From a virus (lineage: Duplodnaviria; Caudoviricetes), in the IMG/VR virus record IMGVR_UViG_3300022562_002172, positions 1 to 63,201 of that record: a stretch of 63,201 bases of DNA; one strand, written 5' to 3'. A program made the position numbers and the translations under genes. Below, in pieces: positions 1-8,748 of the stretch. The stretch's first letter is position 1, and each line of letters starts with the position of its first letter. The notes beneath the pieces are model-generated. The model had not been told where the DNA came from and did not search any database. It worked only from the letters and a program-made list of their open reading frames with translations.

Positions 1-247
1 CACGTACACGTACTTGAACGACACCCTCAGGAACTCCGGGAAGTTCTACATGGGGAATCTGAAGAACCGCGATAACCCGCTGTTCGAGCGCATGATCGGG
101 AAGATCCTGTGGCAGTCCAAGCGCATGCGCGCCATCGAATCCGGCCTCATCGACCTCAACAACGACCAGATTCTGGACGCGTCGCGGCGGATCTCCCAGG
201 GGATCGGCCTCGGAGCGGATCTCGAGAGCATGCTCATGGCAAGCTGA
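1..247 (+). CDS. 3' part of hypothetical protein, truncated by window start
   Basis: Open frame from the window edge to TGA at 245-247, which overlaps the next ATG (TGATG). Confidence 0.6.
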   Translation, partial: TYTYLNDTLRNSGKFYMGNLKNRDNPLFERMIGKILWQSKRMRAIESGLIDLNNDQILDASRRISQGIGLGADLESMLMAS

Positions 248-552
248 TGGCGGGACTGGATTTTGAGGAATACGTGAGGCGGGGTCTCTCGTCCTTCGCC
301 CACGGGGACCACGCGATCAAGATCCATGCTTCCTTCATGGTGGATGAGAGCGGGCGCCAACAAATGTGCCTGTATTGCAATAGCTGCGGCTCCTACGTCA
401 AGGCCCTCTACGACGGCTTCATCGTCGACCGGAACAAGCTATCGATCGGAAACAAGACCGTGAAGAAGCTAGTGTCCGAGTTCCGGATGTTTCCGGAGGA
501 CTGCCGGGAGGCGGCCAAGTTCAATCTGGTATCTGAGATCATGGAGAGCTAG
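247..552 (+). CDS. Hypothetical Cys-containing protein with VSEIMES C-terminal tail
   Basis: ATG coupled to upstream TGA; CLYCNSC motif; ends FNLVSEIMES. Confidence 0.7.
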   Translation: MAGLDFEEYVRRGLSSFAHGDHAIKIHASFMVDESGRQQMCLYCNSCGSYVKALYDGFIVDRNKLSIGNKTVKKLVSEFRMFPEDCREAAKFNLVSEIMES

Positions 553-567
553 CTCTCCATGATCTCA
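534..567. repeat. Perfect 34-bp palindrome formed by two convergent EIMES tails
   Basis: TGAGATCATGGAGAGCTAGCTCTCCATGATCTCA checked base by base; central CTAG provides both stops. Confidence 0.95.
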
Positions 568-920
568 CGCATGGCTTCCTCATCCAAGATTTTCCGCAAG
601 TCGGACATTCTGGCGAACAAATATGTCATATACCCGTACTCAGCGTTCGTCCCGTATCCTTCCCTTCCAGTAATCCGGAACGTGGCGAAGTAGACGACGG
701 TCTTCCAGACCGGCCTATGTCCGTGCTTCCTCTCGTACATGTTGACCACATACGGTAGTCCCCGGTGCCCCTCTCTCTTGGTCAAGGTCTGGAATATGCT
801 GCGGACGTACGCTTCTGTTTCGATGGCATCGAAACAGGCTCTGGCAGCCGCGAGGCGAGCGGTTTGACTGAACTGCGTGGACGTGCTGAGGTAAACCCTC
901 CGGAATCGGAACGGGCTCAT
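549..920 (-). CDS. Hypothetical protein with MREIMES C-terminal tail
   Basis: MSPFRFRRVYLS...LDEEAMREIMES; start chosen to avoid the + strand neighbour. Confidence 0.65.
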   Translation of the reverse strand: MSPFRFRRVYLSTSTQFSQTARLAAARACFDAIETEAYVRSIFQTLTKREGHRGLPYVVNMYERKHGHRPVWKTVVYFATFRITGREGYGTNAEYGYMTYLFARMSDLRKILDEEAMREIMES

Positions 921-971
921 GCAATGCTTTACGCCACGGCTCTCTTCACCTCCGATGATGTACTCTGCCGG

Positions 972-1217
972 ATGGCGTCCATTGCCGTCATCGTGTGCGA
1001 CATTGGGGACGACCCCTTCAACCTGGTCGGTACCCAGAGGCCCATCCTCGCGTACGTCGCCTCGAACCCGCAGCTCCGCGCCGCCGGAAGGGACGAGAAG
1101 GAGGCCTTGGAGATGCTTCGGGCCAACATCCTCGGGCATGCTCACTCTTCCAAGAAGCGCAAGGCCGTCGAGATGGACTTCGACGATCTTCTTGTCGAGG
1201 AGATCATGGAATGGTGA
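972..1217 (+). CDS. Small HicB-like fold protein with VEEIMEW tail
   Basis: YVASNPQLRAAGRDEKEALEML resembles the HicB N-terminal motif; start preceded by GTACTCT-N5-ATG. Confidence 0.5.
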   Translation: MASIAVIVCDIGDDPFNLVGTQRPILAYVASNPQLRAAGRDEKEALEMLRANILGHAHSSKKRKAVEMDFDDLLVEEIMEW

Positions 1218-1408
1218 AAGCGGAGTACGAGGAATGGGGTGAGGCCAAGAGGATGGCCGACTTCATCCATGAGCAGTGGCCTCACATACCGCGCGAGGAC
1301 GCCTTCGAGTTCTACAAGGGACTCGCCCATATCCCGGCCGCGGAGGGATCCGTGAAGACATCCCTCTGGGTCCTCAAGCGCGTCCTCGACCACGAGCTGC
1401 GCAAGTGA
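1211..1408 (+). CDS. Hypothetical protein
   Basis: 65-aa ORF MVKAEYEEWGEAK overlapping both neighbours. Confidence 0.6.
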   Translation: MVKAEYEEWGEAKRMADFIHEQWPHIPREDAFEFYKGLAHIPAAEGSVKTSLWVLKRVLDHELRK

Positions 1409-2052
1409 CCGACCAGAGGACTGACCAGCAAGACTGGATCCGGCGCCGTGCCGACGCCGTCCGCCAGGTCTACTCGGCATTCGACGCTATGACGGAGTTC
1501 GGGTACGGGGAGCCCCTCGTTGATCAGGACACCGCCATTCAGGTCTCGTGCCCCTTCCACGGCGTTGACGCGCGCCCGTCCGCCAGGTACTACCCCGCCC
1601 TCGGCCACAGGTCGGACTACGTCCGTTGCTACTTCTGCCGGGAAAACTGGGACGCCCTAAACCTGTTCATGAAGTTCCGCGGCCTCCAGTTCATGGACGC
1701 GCTGAAGGAGCTAGAAAAGAGGTTCGGCATCAAGGTCCCGAAGCGGCCGGACGGGACGCAGTTCGAAGAGCCGAAGGATAGGAGCTCGTCGCAGTACACG
1801 TCCGACGCCTGGGGCGACGTCCCCAGGGTCCTCGATATCCTGGAGAAGAAGCTCGCCAGGCTCAGGGACAGGGCGTCCCTCTCCGACTACGTTAGGTTCT
1901 GCCGCGTTCTCGACCGCGTCTCCCTGGACTATGACCTGGCGAAGGGAAAACAGACGGACGCGATGGTGCAGATCCTCATGAAGCTCCGGGAGGCCATGGA
2001 TCAGGTCCCGGACGTGAGCCTGTCCGATGCCGTCGACGATCTACCCCATTGA
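1405..2052 (+). CDS. CHC2 zinc-finger (DNA primase N-terminal domain) protein
   Basis: SCPFHG...CYFC...DALNLFMK..GLQFMDAL pattern; no TOPRIM domain; GTGA overlap. Confidence 0.8.
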   Translation: MTDQRTDQQDWIRRRADAVRQVYSAFDAMTEFGYGEPLVDQDTAIQVSCPFHGVDARPSARYYPALGHRSDYVRCYFCRENWDALNLFMKFRGLQFMDALKELEKRFGIKVPKRPDGTQFEEPKDRSSSQYTSDAWGDVPRVLDILEKKLARLRDRASLSDYVRFCRVLDRVSLDYDLAKGKQTDAMVQILMKLREAMDQVPDVSLSDAVDDLPH

Positions 2053-2500
2053 GTACGTGATCGAGCTGAGCACCGGCGAGACCGTGCTCGTGTCGGAGCT
2101 CGATCCCGGGAGGGTCCCGTCCCTCTCCGACCCGGCCGTCGTGGAGGCCGCTTCCCCTGTCCTCGATCGGTGCGCCAAAATGCCCCGAGCCGCCCTCGAG
2201 GCCGCCAAGATGGGGCACTCGAAGCACTTCGAGGAGCTGATGTCGACGCCGCCCATCGGTGCCCTCATGAAGCTCGAGCGGCACCTGTGCGCGGAGCGCA
2301 GGGAGTGCGCGATGGCCGGACACGGCTGTACAACTAGGAACGTGGTCCGCCGCGGCCCTCCGGGCCGCTTCCCAGTGTGCTGGGAGTACGAGCCCCCGGA
2401 CGAGACTGACCCGTCCGTCGCCTTCGCTGCGCGCGACCTCGCCGGGTGCGTGGTCCTGGCGTGGAGGGCCGGAAGGATTGCTGTGATCGTCGATGGGTGA
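2027..2500 (+). CDS. Hypothetical protein
   Basis: 157-aa ORF in operon, several Cys. Confidence 0.65.
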   Translation: MPSTIYPIEYVIELSTGETVLVSELDPGRVPSLSDPAVVEAASPVLDRCAKMPRAALEAAKMGHSKHFEELMSTPPIGALMKLERHLCAERRECAMAGHGCTTRNVVRRGPPGRFPVCWEYEPPDETDPSVAFAARDLAGCVVLAWRAGRIAVIVDG

Positions 2501-2864
2501 CCCGGGAGCTCATCCGTACCGTCGCCCATGGACCACTCGGGTTCTTGACGACCTTATCTTCGCTTCCGGCCGAAACGACACCGCCGGCATGCAGTTTCGG
2601 ATGAGCCTTCGGGACTACGCCGACCTCCGCAAATTCAGTAGGGACGTCCTTGATTTTGAGGTGGACCGCGTCCATATTCAAGAAGGGTGTATGGCCCACA
2701 TTTATGGGATCCCAATCTTCGTGAGGAAGAGCGTACCGAACGGCCTCATCACCCTCTTCGACTCGGAGGACCGAGATCTCGCCCACATTATCGAGGACGG
2801 CGAGCTTCATTCCGGAGAGTGCAGGGATCCGATGTGTCTGATCAAGTCCGTGATGCTGACCTAG
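2493..2864 (+). CDS. Capsid-fragment-like protein with IKSVMLT tail
   Basis: MSLRDYADLRKFSRDVLD...G.MAHIYGIPIFVRKSVPNG recalls the central part of large-phage HK97-fold capsid proteins; H...C....C before tail. Confidence 0.6.
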   Translation: MGDPGAHPYRRPWTTRVLDDLIFASGRNDTAGMQFRMSLRDYADLRKFSRDVLDFEVDRVHIQEGCMAHIYGIPIFVRKSVPNGLITLFDSEDRDLAHIIEDGELHSGECRDPMCLIKSVMLT

Positions 2865-2884
2865 TCCGTTTCAGTACGGACTGT

Positions 2885-4009
2885 TTATCCAGAGTTCTTC
2901 TTGAGCTCGTCCAGAAGCTCGTCCAGAAGCTTCTGACCCCGCGCCGTCCTGATGCGGGGGAGGTCGACGCTCACCGCGACGTGCAGGTCCCCGCGCCTCT
3001 TAGTCATGGCCCCGACCAGGCCCGCGCCGGGGACCGTCACGACCGTCTTTCCCGCCTGGACTCCCCCCTCGATGTCGATGTTCACCCTGGACCCATCCAG
3101 GGTCGGGACTGACACCGTCCCGCCCCTCAGGGCCACGGACAGAGGGATCACGTGCTCCGTGTAGAGGTCCGCCCCCTCACGGGCGAACCTGTCATGCTGC
3201 GCGACCCGCACCGTCACGTAGAGGTCGCCCGGCGCCCGCCCGTCCCCGGAGGATCCCATCCCGGCGAGCCTGAGTCTTTGCCCGTCTTCAATTCCGACGG
3301 GGATCCTAACCTTCACCTGCCTCTCGGAGGCCACACGCCCGGCCCCGCGGCACGCCGGACATGCGACGAGCGGGGCAGACCCGCTCCCGAAACACGCGGG
3401 GCACTTCCTGACCCTCTCCCCGATCCCGATCCTGAAGTCGAGCACCTTGCCGCTGCCGGAGCATGAGCCGCACGGGATGGTCCTGGAGCCCTTCGCGCAC
3501 CGCGTCCCGCGGCATTCCTGGCACAGGACCTTCACCTTCGACGCCGAAGATATCTCCTTCACGCACCCGGAAGCGACTTCTTCGAGGGTCACGGACACCT
3601 CGGTCTCAACGTCCTCCCCGGGGGTCCCGGCCGGGCCGTCGTCGTCAACCCACGTGTGCTCGGTCTTCGGACGCTCCCTCTGGCGTCGGCGTCCAGGACC
3701 TGGGAATCCGACGTGCCTGAGAAAGTCGTCCAGGTCTTCGGGGGAGTACGCCTGCTTCGGGTCGTACGTCCTCTTGCCCCAGCTGGTCCTCGGTCTCAGG
3801 GACTCGAGGTCGTACATCTCCCTCCGCTGCGGGTCGATCAGGACCTCGTAGGCCTTCGTGGCCTCGATGAACCTCGCCTCAGCCCCCTTGTCGCCCTGGT
3901 TCTTGTCCGGGTGGCTCTCCAGGACGACTTTCCTGTACGCCTTCTTAATGGCGTCCGCGTCCGCGTCCGACGGGACGCCCAGGACCTCGTACAGGCTTCT
4001 GTCTGACAC
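2885..4009 (-). CDS. dnaJ: Molecular chaperone DnaJ
   Basis: J domain (YEVLGV, HPD), four CxxCxGxG-type repeats, C-terminal domain (GDLYV); GTG start after GTAACGT-N5. Confidence 0.93.
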   Translation of the reverse strand: MSDRSLYEVLGVPSDADADAIKKAYRKVVLESHPDKNQGDKGAEARFIEATKAYEVLIDPQRREMYDLESLRPRTSWGKRTYDPKQAYSPEDLDDFLRHVGFPGPGRRRQRERPKTEHTWVDDDGPAGTPGEDVETEVSVTLEEVASGCVKEISSASKVKVLCQECRGTRCAKGSRTIPCGSCSGSGKVLDFRIGIGERVRKCPACFGSGSAPLVACPACRGAGRVASERQVKVRIPVGIEDGQRLRLAGMGSSGDGRAPGDLYVTVRVAQHDRFAREGADLYTEHVIPLSVALRGGTVSVPTLDGSRVNIDIEGGVQAGKTVVTVPGAGLVGAMTKRRGDLHVAVSVDLPRIRTARGQKLLDELLDELKKNSG

Positions 4010-4017
4010 CGGGGACG

Positions 4018-4305
4018 TTACGCCTCCGCCGGCGCGACCTCCGCGGTGTTGTCGCCCCGCATTGCCTCGATGCTCTTCGTCCCGGACGCCCACATGATCC
4101 CCTGGACGAACCCGAGCCACCGCATTGCCTTCTCCGTCCTGCCGGCGGCGACGTGGTCCCGGATCTGCCGGCACATCCATCGCGCGTGGCTGAGCATGGA
4201 CTCCCTTCCGCTCGGAGGGAACCCGTCCCCCTGGTGCTCAGCCGGATAGCTGACCAGCTCCGACTCGTACTTCGCTGCGACCGCCAGAATTTGTTCGTTC
4301 GTCAT
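4018..4305 (-). CDS. Hypothetical phage protein (paralog of 37168-37449)
   Basis: H..WMCRQI...KAMRWLGFVQG..W..G motif shared with 37168-37449. Confidence 0.75.
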   Translation of the reverse strand: MTNEQILAVAAKYESELVSYPAEHQGDGFPPSGRESMLSHARWMCRQIRDHVAAGRTEKAMRWLGFVQGIMWASGTKSIEAMRGDNTAEVAPAEA

Positions 4306-4350
4306 TCCCGTCCTTACACCGGGAGGACCCTGGTTGTAAGGTCACCCGGC

Positions 4351-7233
4351 ATGCTTCAGCTCCGCCAGATGGACGACCGTGTCAGCGTTCAGCGCGATTG
4401 GTTCAAGGACTATAGCTTTCACCTCGTGGAGAGGGTCAACCAGGTCTCGAAGCTCGTCGATATCTGCGTCCAGCGCGGGATCTGCTCTCTGGACACGGAG
4501 ACGACCGGAGTGGACAACCGCGTCTATCCGGACGAGTACTTCGAGGACGGGCGCGAGACGCGTCACGGGATCAGGACTGTCGATAGGATAGTTGGCCTCT
4601 GCATCTCGTTCGACGGTCAGAACGGATATTACCTCCCCCTGTCGCACGACCCGGAGGACGCTGGGAACCTGCCGTGGGATCCGGTCTGGGATGAGATCAC
4701 GAGACTCGTCAACAACTGCCGGATCATCTTCCACAACATGAAGTTCGACGCCGAGTTCCTCTATCCGGTCACCGGGAAGGAAAACTGGGGCTTGGACGAG
4801 TTCGAGGACACGATGCTCCTGTCCAAGGTCATCAGTCCCCTGAAGAGCAACCCGGCGGGCCTGAAGCAGCGCGCCAAGATCGACTTTGGCGTCGACATGG
4901 TCGAGCTCGACGAGCTCTTCACCGCCGAGAAGAAGGACCAGCTCAAGCGGGAGAAGGTCCGATACAACTTCGCCCTCTTGCATCCGAAGGAGGGCAAGGA
5001 GTATGGGGCCTCCGACGGGATCTTCACGTACAAGGAGTGGTTCCACCACTCCCCGAAGCTCGCCGAGGGGGACCAGCGAATCTACAACCTCGAGAAGGCG
5101 TTCTGCAACGTCATCCGGAAGATGGAGCGGAACCGAGTCCACGTCGACGTGGATCGCGTAAACCAGCTCGCCGTCGAGTGCAGGTCCGAGATGACCAAGA
5201 CCGGCGACATCATCCGGGAGTTCATCGAGAAGCGCACGGGCCAAACGGGTAAGTGGCTGACCCTCAACGTCGGATCTCCGGCCCAGCTCTCAGCCGCCCT
5301 GTTCACTGACCCTGAAGGCATGAAGCTCAAGCCCACGCCCGAGATGGTGAACGAGGGCGACGGCGGATGGGGGACGAACTACGACGGCGGCGGCGGGAGC
5401 GACGATGACGACGATGACGACGACCCCGGGAAGCCGAAGACGTACTCCTTGAAGGACGAGGTCCTCAAGTCGCTTCACCGATACTACGGCAAGGACCTGT
5501 CCGTCCAGAGGGACGGCGTGGTCGACAAGGACGGGAAGCCGAAGCGCGAGAGCATCTTTGAGCTCGTGCTCGAGTATCGGCATTACGACAAGATGAAGGG
5601 CTCGTACGTCGAGAAGCTCCAGAAGTCGCACGACAAATACGGGGACGTCAGGCCGTCGTTCAACCAGATGGGCACCGACACCGCGCGCCTCTCGTGCAAG
5701 GCGGGCAAGATCGAGGAGGGGTACTCCGGGGTTAACTTCCAGGGAATCCCGCGCGACTCCGACGATGACAAGCCCGAGCTCTTCAAGCAGGTCAGGACCG
5801 TGATCATTCCACGGCCCGGCTGGTTCCTCGTGAAGCTCGACTACTCGGGCGAGGAGCTCCGCGTCGTCACGAACATGTCCGGTGATCCGATCTGGACCGA
5901 GTCCTTCCTGCACGGGGACGGGGACGTGCACTCGATCACGACGCGGACCCTGTACGGGCGGCAGAACATCACGAAGGGCGAGCGCAACATCGGGAAGCGC
6001 TGCAACTTCGCGTTCATCTACGGCGGGGGCGCCGGTGCCATCTCAAGGAACATCGGGTGCACCATCGAGGATGGCCAACGCCATATGGACAACCTCAGGC
6101 GGGACGTCCCCGTCCTGATGGGCTATGTCGACCACCAGAAGAAGTTCGCCAACAAATACAAGTGCATCTACACGGCCTTCGGCCGAAAGATGCCGATTCC
6201 GACCATCGACTCTCCGATCCGGGCAATCAAGAAGAAGGCCGAACGCTGCGCTATCAACTACACGATCCAGGCCACCTCGGCGGACGTCCTGAAGTTCGCC
6301 ATGTGTCTGATCGACAAGAAGATCCGGGAGCTCGGGTGGGAGGACAGGGTCAGGTACGTGCTGACCGTCCACGACGAGATCGTGTTCGAGATCCGTCCCG
6401 AGTACCTGATGGACGTAATCCCGCTCCTCAACGAGTGGATGGTCCTGCCGTGGAGGCTCCCGAAGGCGCACGGACGGCCATGGGTCGTCCCTCTCGAGAC
6501 TGAGCCCGGCATCGACGTCCACTGGAGGGCTAGGTTCGACTTCTTTCAGATGACGCGCGGGACCAGGGCGAAGCCAGAGGACATTGGCCCGGACGGGACG
6601 TATAAGGGCAAGCTCAAGGACGGGCAGCTCTTCGAAAACGGCCGCATCTATCAGGAGATCCCGGACTTTCTCGACACCCATGTGTGGCGGTTGCCCCTGG
6701 ACAAGAACGGGGAGCCGATCGTTGAAGGGGGGCCCACGGCCCCCCTCCCCGCCCCGGAGCCGGAGCCGGAGCCGGAGCCGGAGGTCATCGTGGCAAAGGC
6801 GGAGGAACCTGCGCTTTCGGAAGGGACGAAAAAGGTGCCGGAGCCGGTGCCGGAGCCGGTCGCGAAATCCGAGGAAACGAACATGGACCCTGGAGACATC
6901 GACATCGACATCGACATCGTCGGGACTGAGGGGTTCCCCGACGTCCAGGTTGACGCAGGCCCAGTCGAGGAGAGTCCGCCGCCGAAGATTATGGTCAAGG
7001 CTAAAGAGGCCCGTCCTGTTGGCCCGGACGAGAAGGTGCTGCGGTGGGTGTTCAAGGACGTCCCGTCGGACCAGTCGATGCGAAAGCTCCTGGCTGTGTG
7101 CATCCTGGCAGAGGGTCAGGTCCCGCTCCGGATAGTCAACAAGAAGGACCAAGTCCTCATCCCGGAGGGCGAGGGGGTCCGCGTCCATCCGGACCGCTTC
7201 CAGTATCTGGCGTCCCTGTTTGGCCTGGGCTGA
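4351..7233 (+). CDS. polA: Family A DNA polymerase with 3'-5' exonuclease and Pro/Glu-rich C-terminal extension
   Basis: ExoI DTETTG, ExoII HNMKFD, TARLS, motif A DYSGEELR, motif B KRCNFAFIYG, motif C VHDEI. Confidence 0.95.
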   Translation: MLQLRQMDDRVSVQRDWFKDYSFHLVERVNQVSKLVDICVQRGICSLDTETTGVDNRVYPDEYFEDGRETRHGIRTVDRIVGLCISFDGQNGYYLPLSHDPEDAGNLPWDPVWDEITRLVNNCRIIFHNMKFDAEFLYPVTGKENWGLDEFEDTMLLSKVISPLKSNPAGLKQRAKIDFGVDMVELDELFTAEKKDQLKREKVRYNFALLHPKEGKEYGASDGIFTYKEWFHHSPKLAEGDQRIYNLEKAFCNVIRKMERNRVHVDVDRVNQLAVECRSEMTKTGDIIREFIEKRTGQTGKWLTLNVGSPAQLSAALFTDPEGMKLKPTPEMVNEGDGGWGTNYDGGGGSDDDDDDDDPGKPKTYSLKDEVLKSLHRYYGKDLSVQRDGVVDKDGKPKRESIFELVLEYRHYDKMKGSYVEKLQKSHDKYGDVRPSFNQMGTDTARLSCKAGKIEEGYSGVNFQGIPRDSDDDKPELFKQVRTVIIPRPGWFLVKLDYSGEELRVVTNMSGDPIWTESFLHGDGDVHSITTRTLYGRQNITKGERNIGKRCNFAFIYGGGAGAISRNIGCTIEDGQRHMDNLRRDVPVLMGYVDHQKKFANKYKCIYTAFGRKMPIPTIDSPIRAIKKKAERCAINYTIQATSADVLKFAMCLIDKKIRELGWEDRVRYVLTVHDEIVFEIRPEYLMDVIPLLNEWMVLPWRLPKAHGRPWVVPLETEPGIDVHWRARFDFFQMTRGTRAKPEDIGPDGTYKGKLKDGQLFENGRIYQEIPDFLDTHVWRLPLDKNGEPIVEGGPTAPLPAPEPEPEPEPEVIVAKAEEPALSEGTKKVPEPVPEPVAKSEETNMDPGDIDIDIDIVGTEGFPDVQVDAGPVEESPPPKIMVKAKEARPVGPDEKVLRWVFKDVPSDQSMRKLLAVCILAEGQVPLRIVNKKDQVLIPEGEGVRVHPDRFQYLASLFGLG
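6754..6783 (+). repeat. (CCGGAG)5 tandem repeat encoding a PE linker
   Basis: Direct reading; encodes PEPEPEPEPE in the polymerase tail. Confidence 0.8.
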
Positions 7234-7468
7234 GATCTTCTTCCACCAGGGCCGCCGCGGCAACGAGCGCGGCTATGTTCATGAGCGTCAGCTCTCGCAT
7301 GACGGGATCGTCCGAAAAGCGCGCGTCTCGCAGGAGCCCGATCTCTCGCTTCGCCAGGTCCGCCAGGGCCTCCTCGAGCAAGAGCGCGGTGAAGCTCGAG
7401 GCGATCTTCTCAATCCGGGCTATCTCGTCCGGCTCCAGGAGCCCCTGCAGCTCTTCGTCCTCGACCAC
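7157..7468 (-). CDS. Hypothetical helical protein
   Basis: GTG start after GTACCGT-N5; fills gap between pol and dcd but overlaps the pol 3' end. Confidence 0.5.
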   Translation of the reverse strand: MVEDEELQGLLEPDEIARIEKIASSFTALLLEEALADLAKREIGLLRDARFSDDPVMRELTLMNIAALVAAAALVEEDLSPGQTGTPDTGSGPDGRGPPRPPG

Positions 7469-7499
7469 GCTGGACGGTACCCGGGTGTAACATTGTCGG

Positions 7500-8180
7500 A
7501 TGGACAAGGCTAACGGCGGAATCCTGTCTGGGCTCTTGATCAAGCAGGCCGTCCTCGACGGTCAGATCGTGATCGATCCATGGGACCCGACGCACGTCAA
7601 CTTCGAGGATAAACTCAACCCGGCCTCCTACGACCTGACCCTCGGGAAGTGGGTCGCGGTCTACGAAAGCGTGGTGCATGCGGACTTCGAGTGCGAGGGG
7701 TCCGGGATCCCGGGGGAGCGCCTGCACCCGAGGGCTCTCTTCATTGGGAAGAGGGGCGGCTGTCTCGACGCGGCAAAGCCGAACCCCGTCATCAGGTACG
7801 AAATGGACGACCGCGGCTTCCTGCTGAAGCCCGGGATCGGATACCTCATGCACACGGTGGAGCGAATCAGGACGGACTGCTACGTCCCGATCGTCGACGG
7901 CAAGTCGTCCGTGGGCCGCCTCTTTGTGTCGGCCCATGTGACGGCCGGGTACGGGGACCCTGGATATGACGGCCAGTACACGCTCGAGGTCGTGGCCGTC
8001 CATCCGACCATCGTCTATCCGGGGATGCGGTTCTGCCAGATGCGCTTTCACACCCTCATTGGGGAGGTGGAGAGCTATGCCGGGAAGGGTAGCTACCGCG
8101 GAGAGCTCGCGGAGGGCCCCGTCCCCTCCCGGTCGTGGAGGATGTTCGATGCCGAAAAGTCTGGGAAGGGAGCTGCTTGA
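7500..8180 (+). CDS. dcd: dCTP deaminase / dUTPase family
   Basis: LNPASYDLTLG, GKSSVGRL, AGYGDPGYDGQYTLE, YPGMRFCQMRF. Confidence 0.92.
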   Translation: MDKANGGILSGLLIKQAVLDGQIVIDPWDPTHVNFEDKLNPASYDLTLGKWVAVYESVVHADFECEGSGIPGERLHPRALFIGKRGGCLDAAKPNPVIRYEMDDRGFLLKPGIGYLMHTVERIRTDCYVPIVDGKSSVGRLFVSAHVTAGYGDPGYDGQYTLEVVAVHPTIVYPGMRFCQMRFHTLIGEVESYAGKGSYRGELAEGPVPSRSWRMFDAEKSGKGAA

Positions 8181-8748
8181 GCTCGAAGAGTCGGACCCGA
8201 ACGTTGCCCGGGCGGCCCGCGGGTACGAGAGAGTGAAGGAAGGCATCCTTTCCCGCCCCGTGCACAAGATCTTCGAGCGCGGAGCTGTCGTGGTCGTCAG
8301 TTGCGACAAGATGAGCCGCCAGGCTGCTTTCCGCGTGACGCTCCCCGCGAGCCTAGCCCAAGCCGTGACCCCCGCGCTTCTGGGCGCCGGCGTCATAGAT
8401 CAATACACTCTCGCGAACCCCGTGGCTGCTTGGATTCCGACGCTGGGTCCGGACAGGTTCAAGGACGTCGGGCCTGGGGTCCCGGAGGCGGTGAACGAGG
8501 CGGTCAGGATGAAGGTGATGGAGGTTTTGACGATGTTCAACGGGCTCGGCCAGGTCGTCGTGGATCCGTCGGACCTAATACCCATGCTTCCGCTCGGGAC
8601 CTACGTCAGCTTCCGTCTGCGGTTCGTCGTGGACAAACTCGTCCCGGTCCTGGACTTCCTCGAGGCCATGCCGGTCGCCGGGGCCGGGGAGCTCCGGTAC
8701 GCTCTGGCCGGCGCTCTGTCCGAGGTCCTCGAGGGCTTCGGTCCCTAG
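8149..8748 (+). CDS. Hypothetical protein
   Basis: 199-aa ORF with GGAGG upstream. Confidence 0.65.
   Translation: MPKSLGRELLELEESDPNVARAARGYERVKEGILSRPVHKIFERGAVVVVSCDKMSRQAAFRVTLPASLAQAVTPALLGAGVIDQYTLANPVAAWIPTLGPDRFKDVGPGVPEAVNEAVRMKVMEVLTMFNGLGQVVVDPSDLIPMLPLGTYVSFRLRFVVDKLVPVLDFLEAMPVAGAGELRYALAGALSEVLEGFGP

Noticed and set aside
4153-4350. Longer N-terminus for the DNA polymerase given in the ORF track
   Set aside because: Overlaps the divergent gene 4018-4305; ATG 4351 follows a GTAAGGT box
8149-8748. ThyX thymidylate synthase next to dcd
   Set aside because: Only a vague LP..T similarity; no RHR...S.R motif
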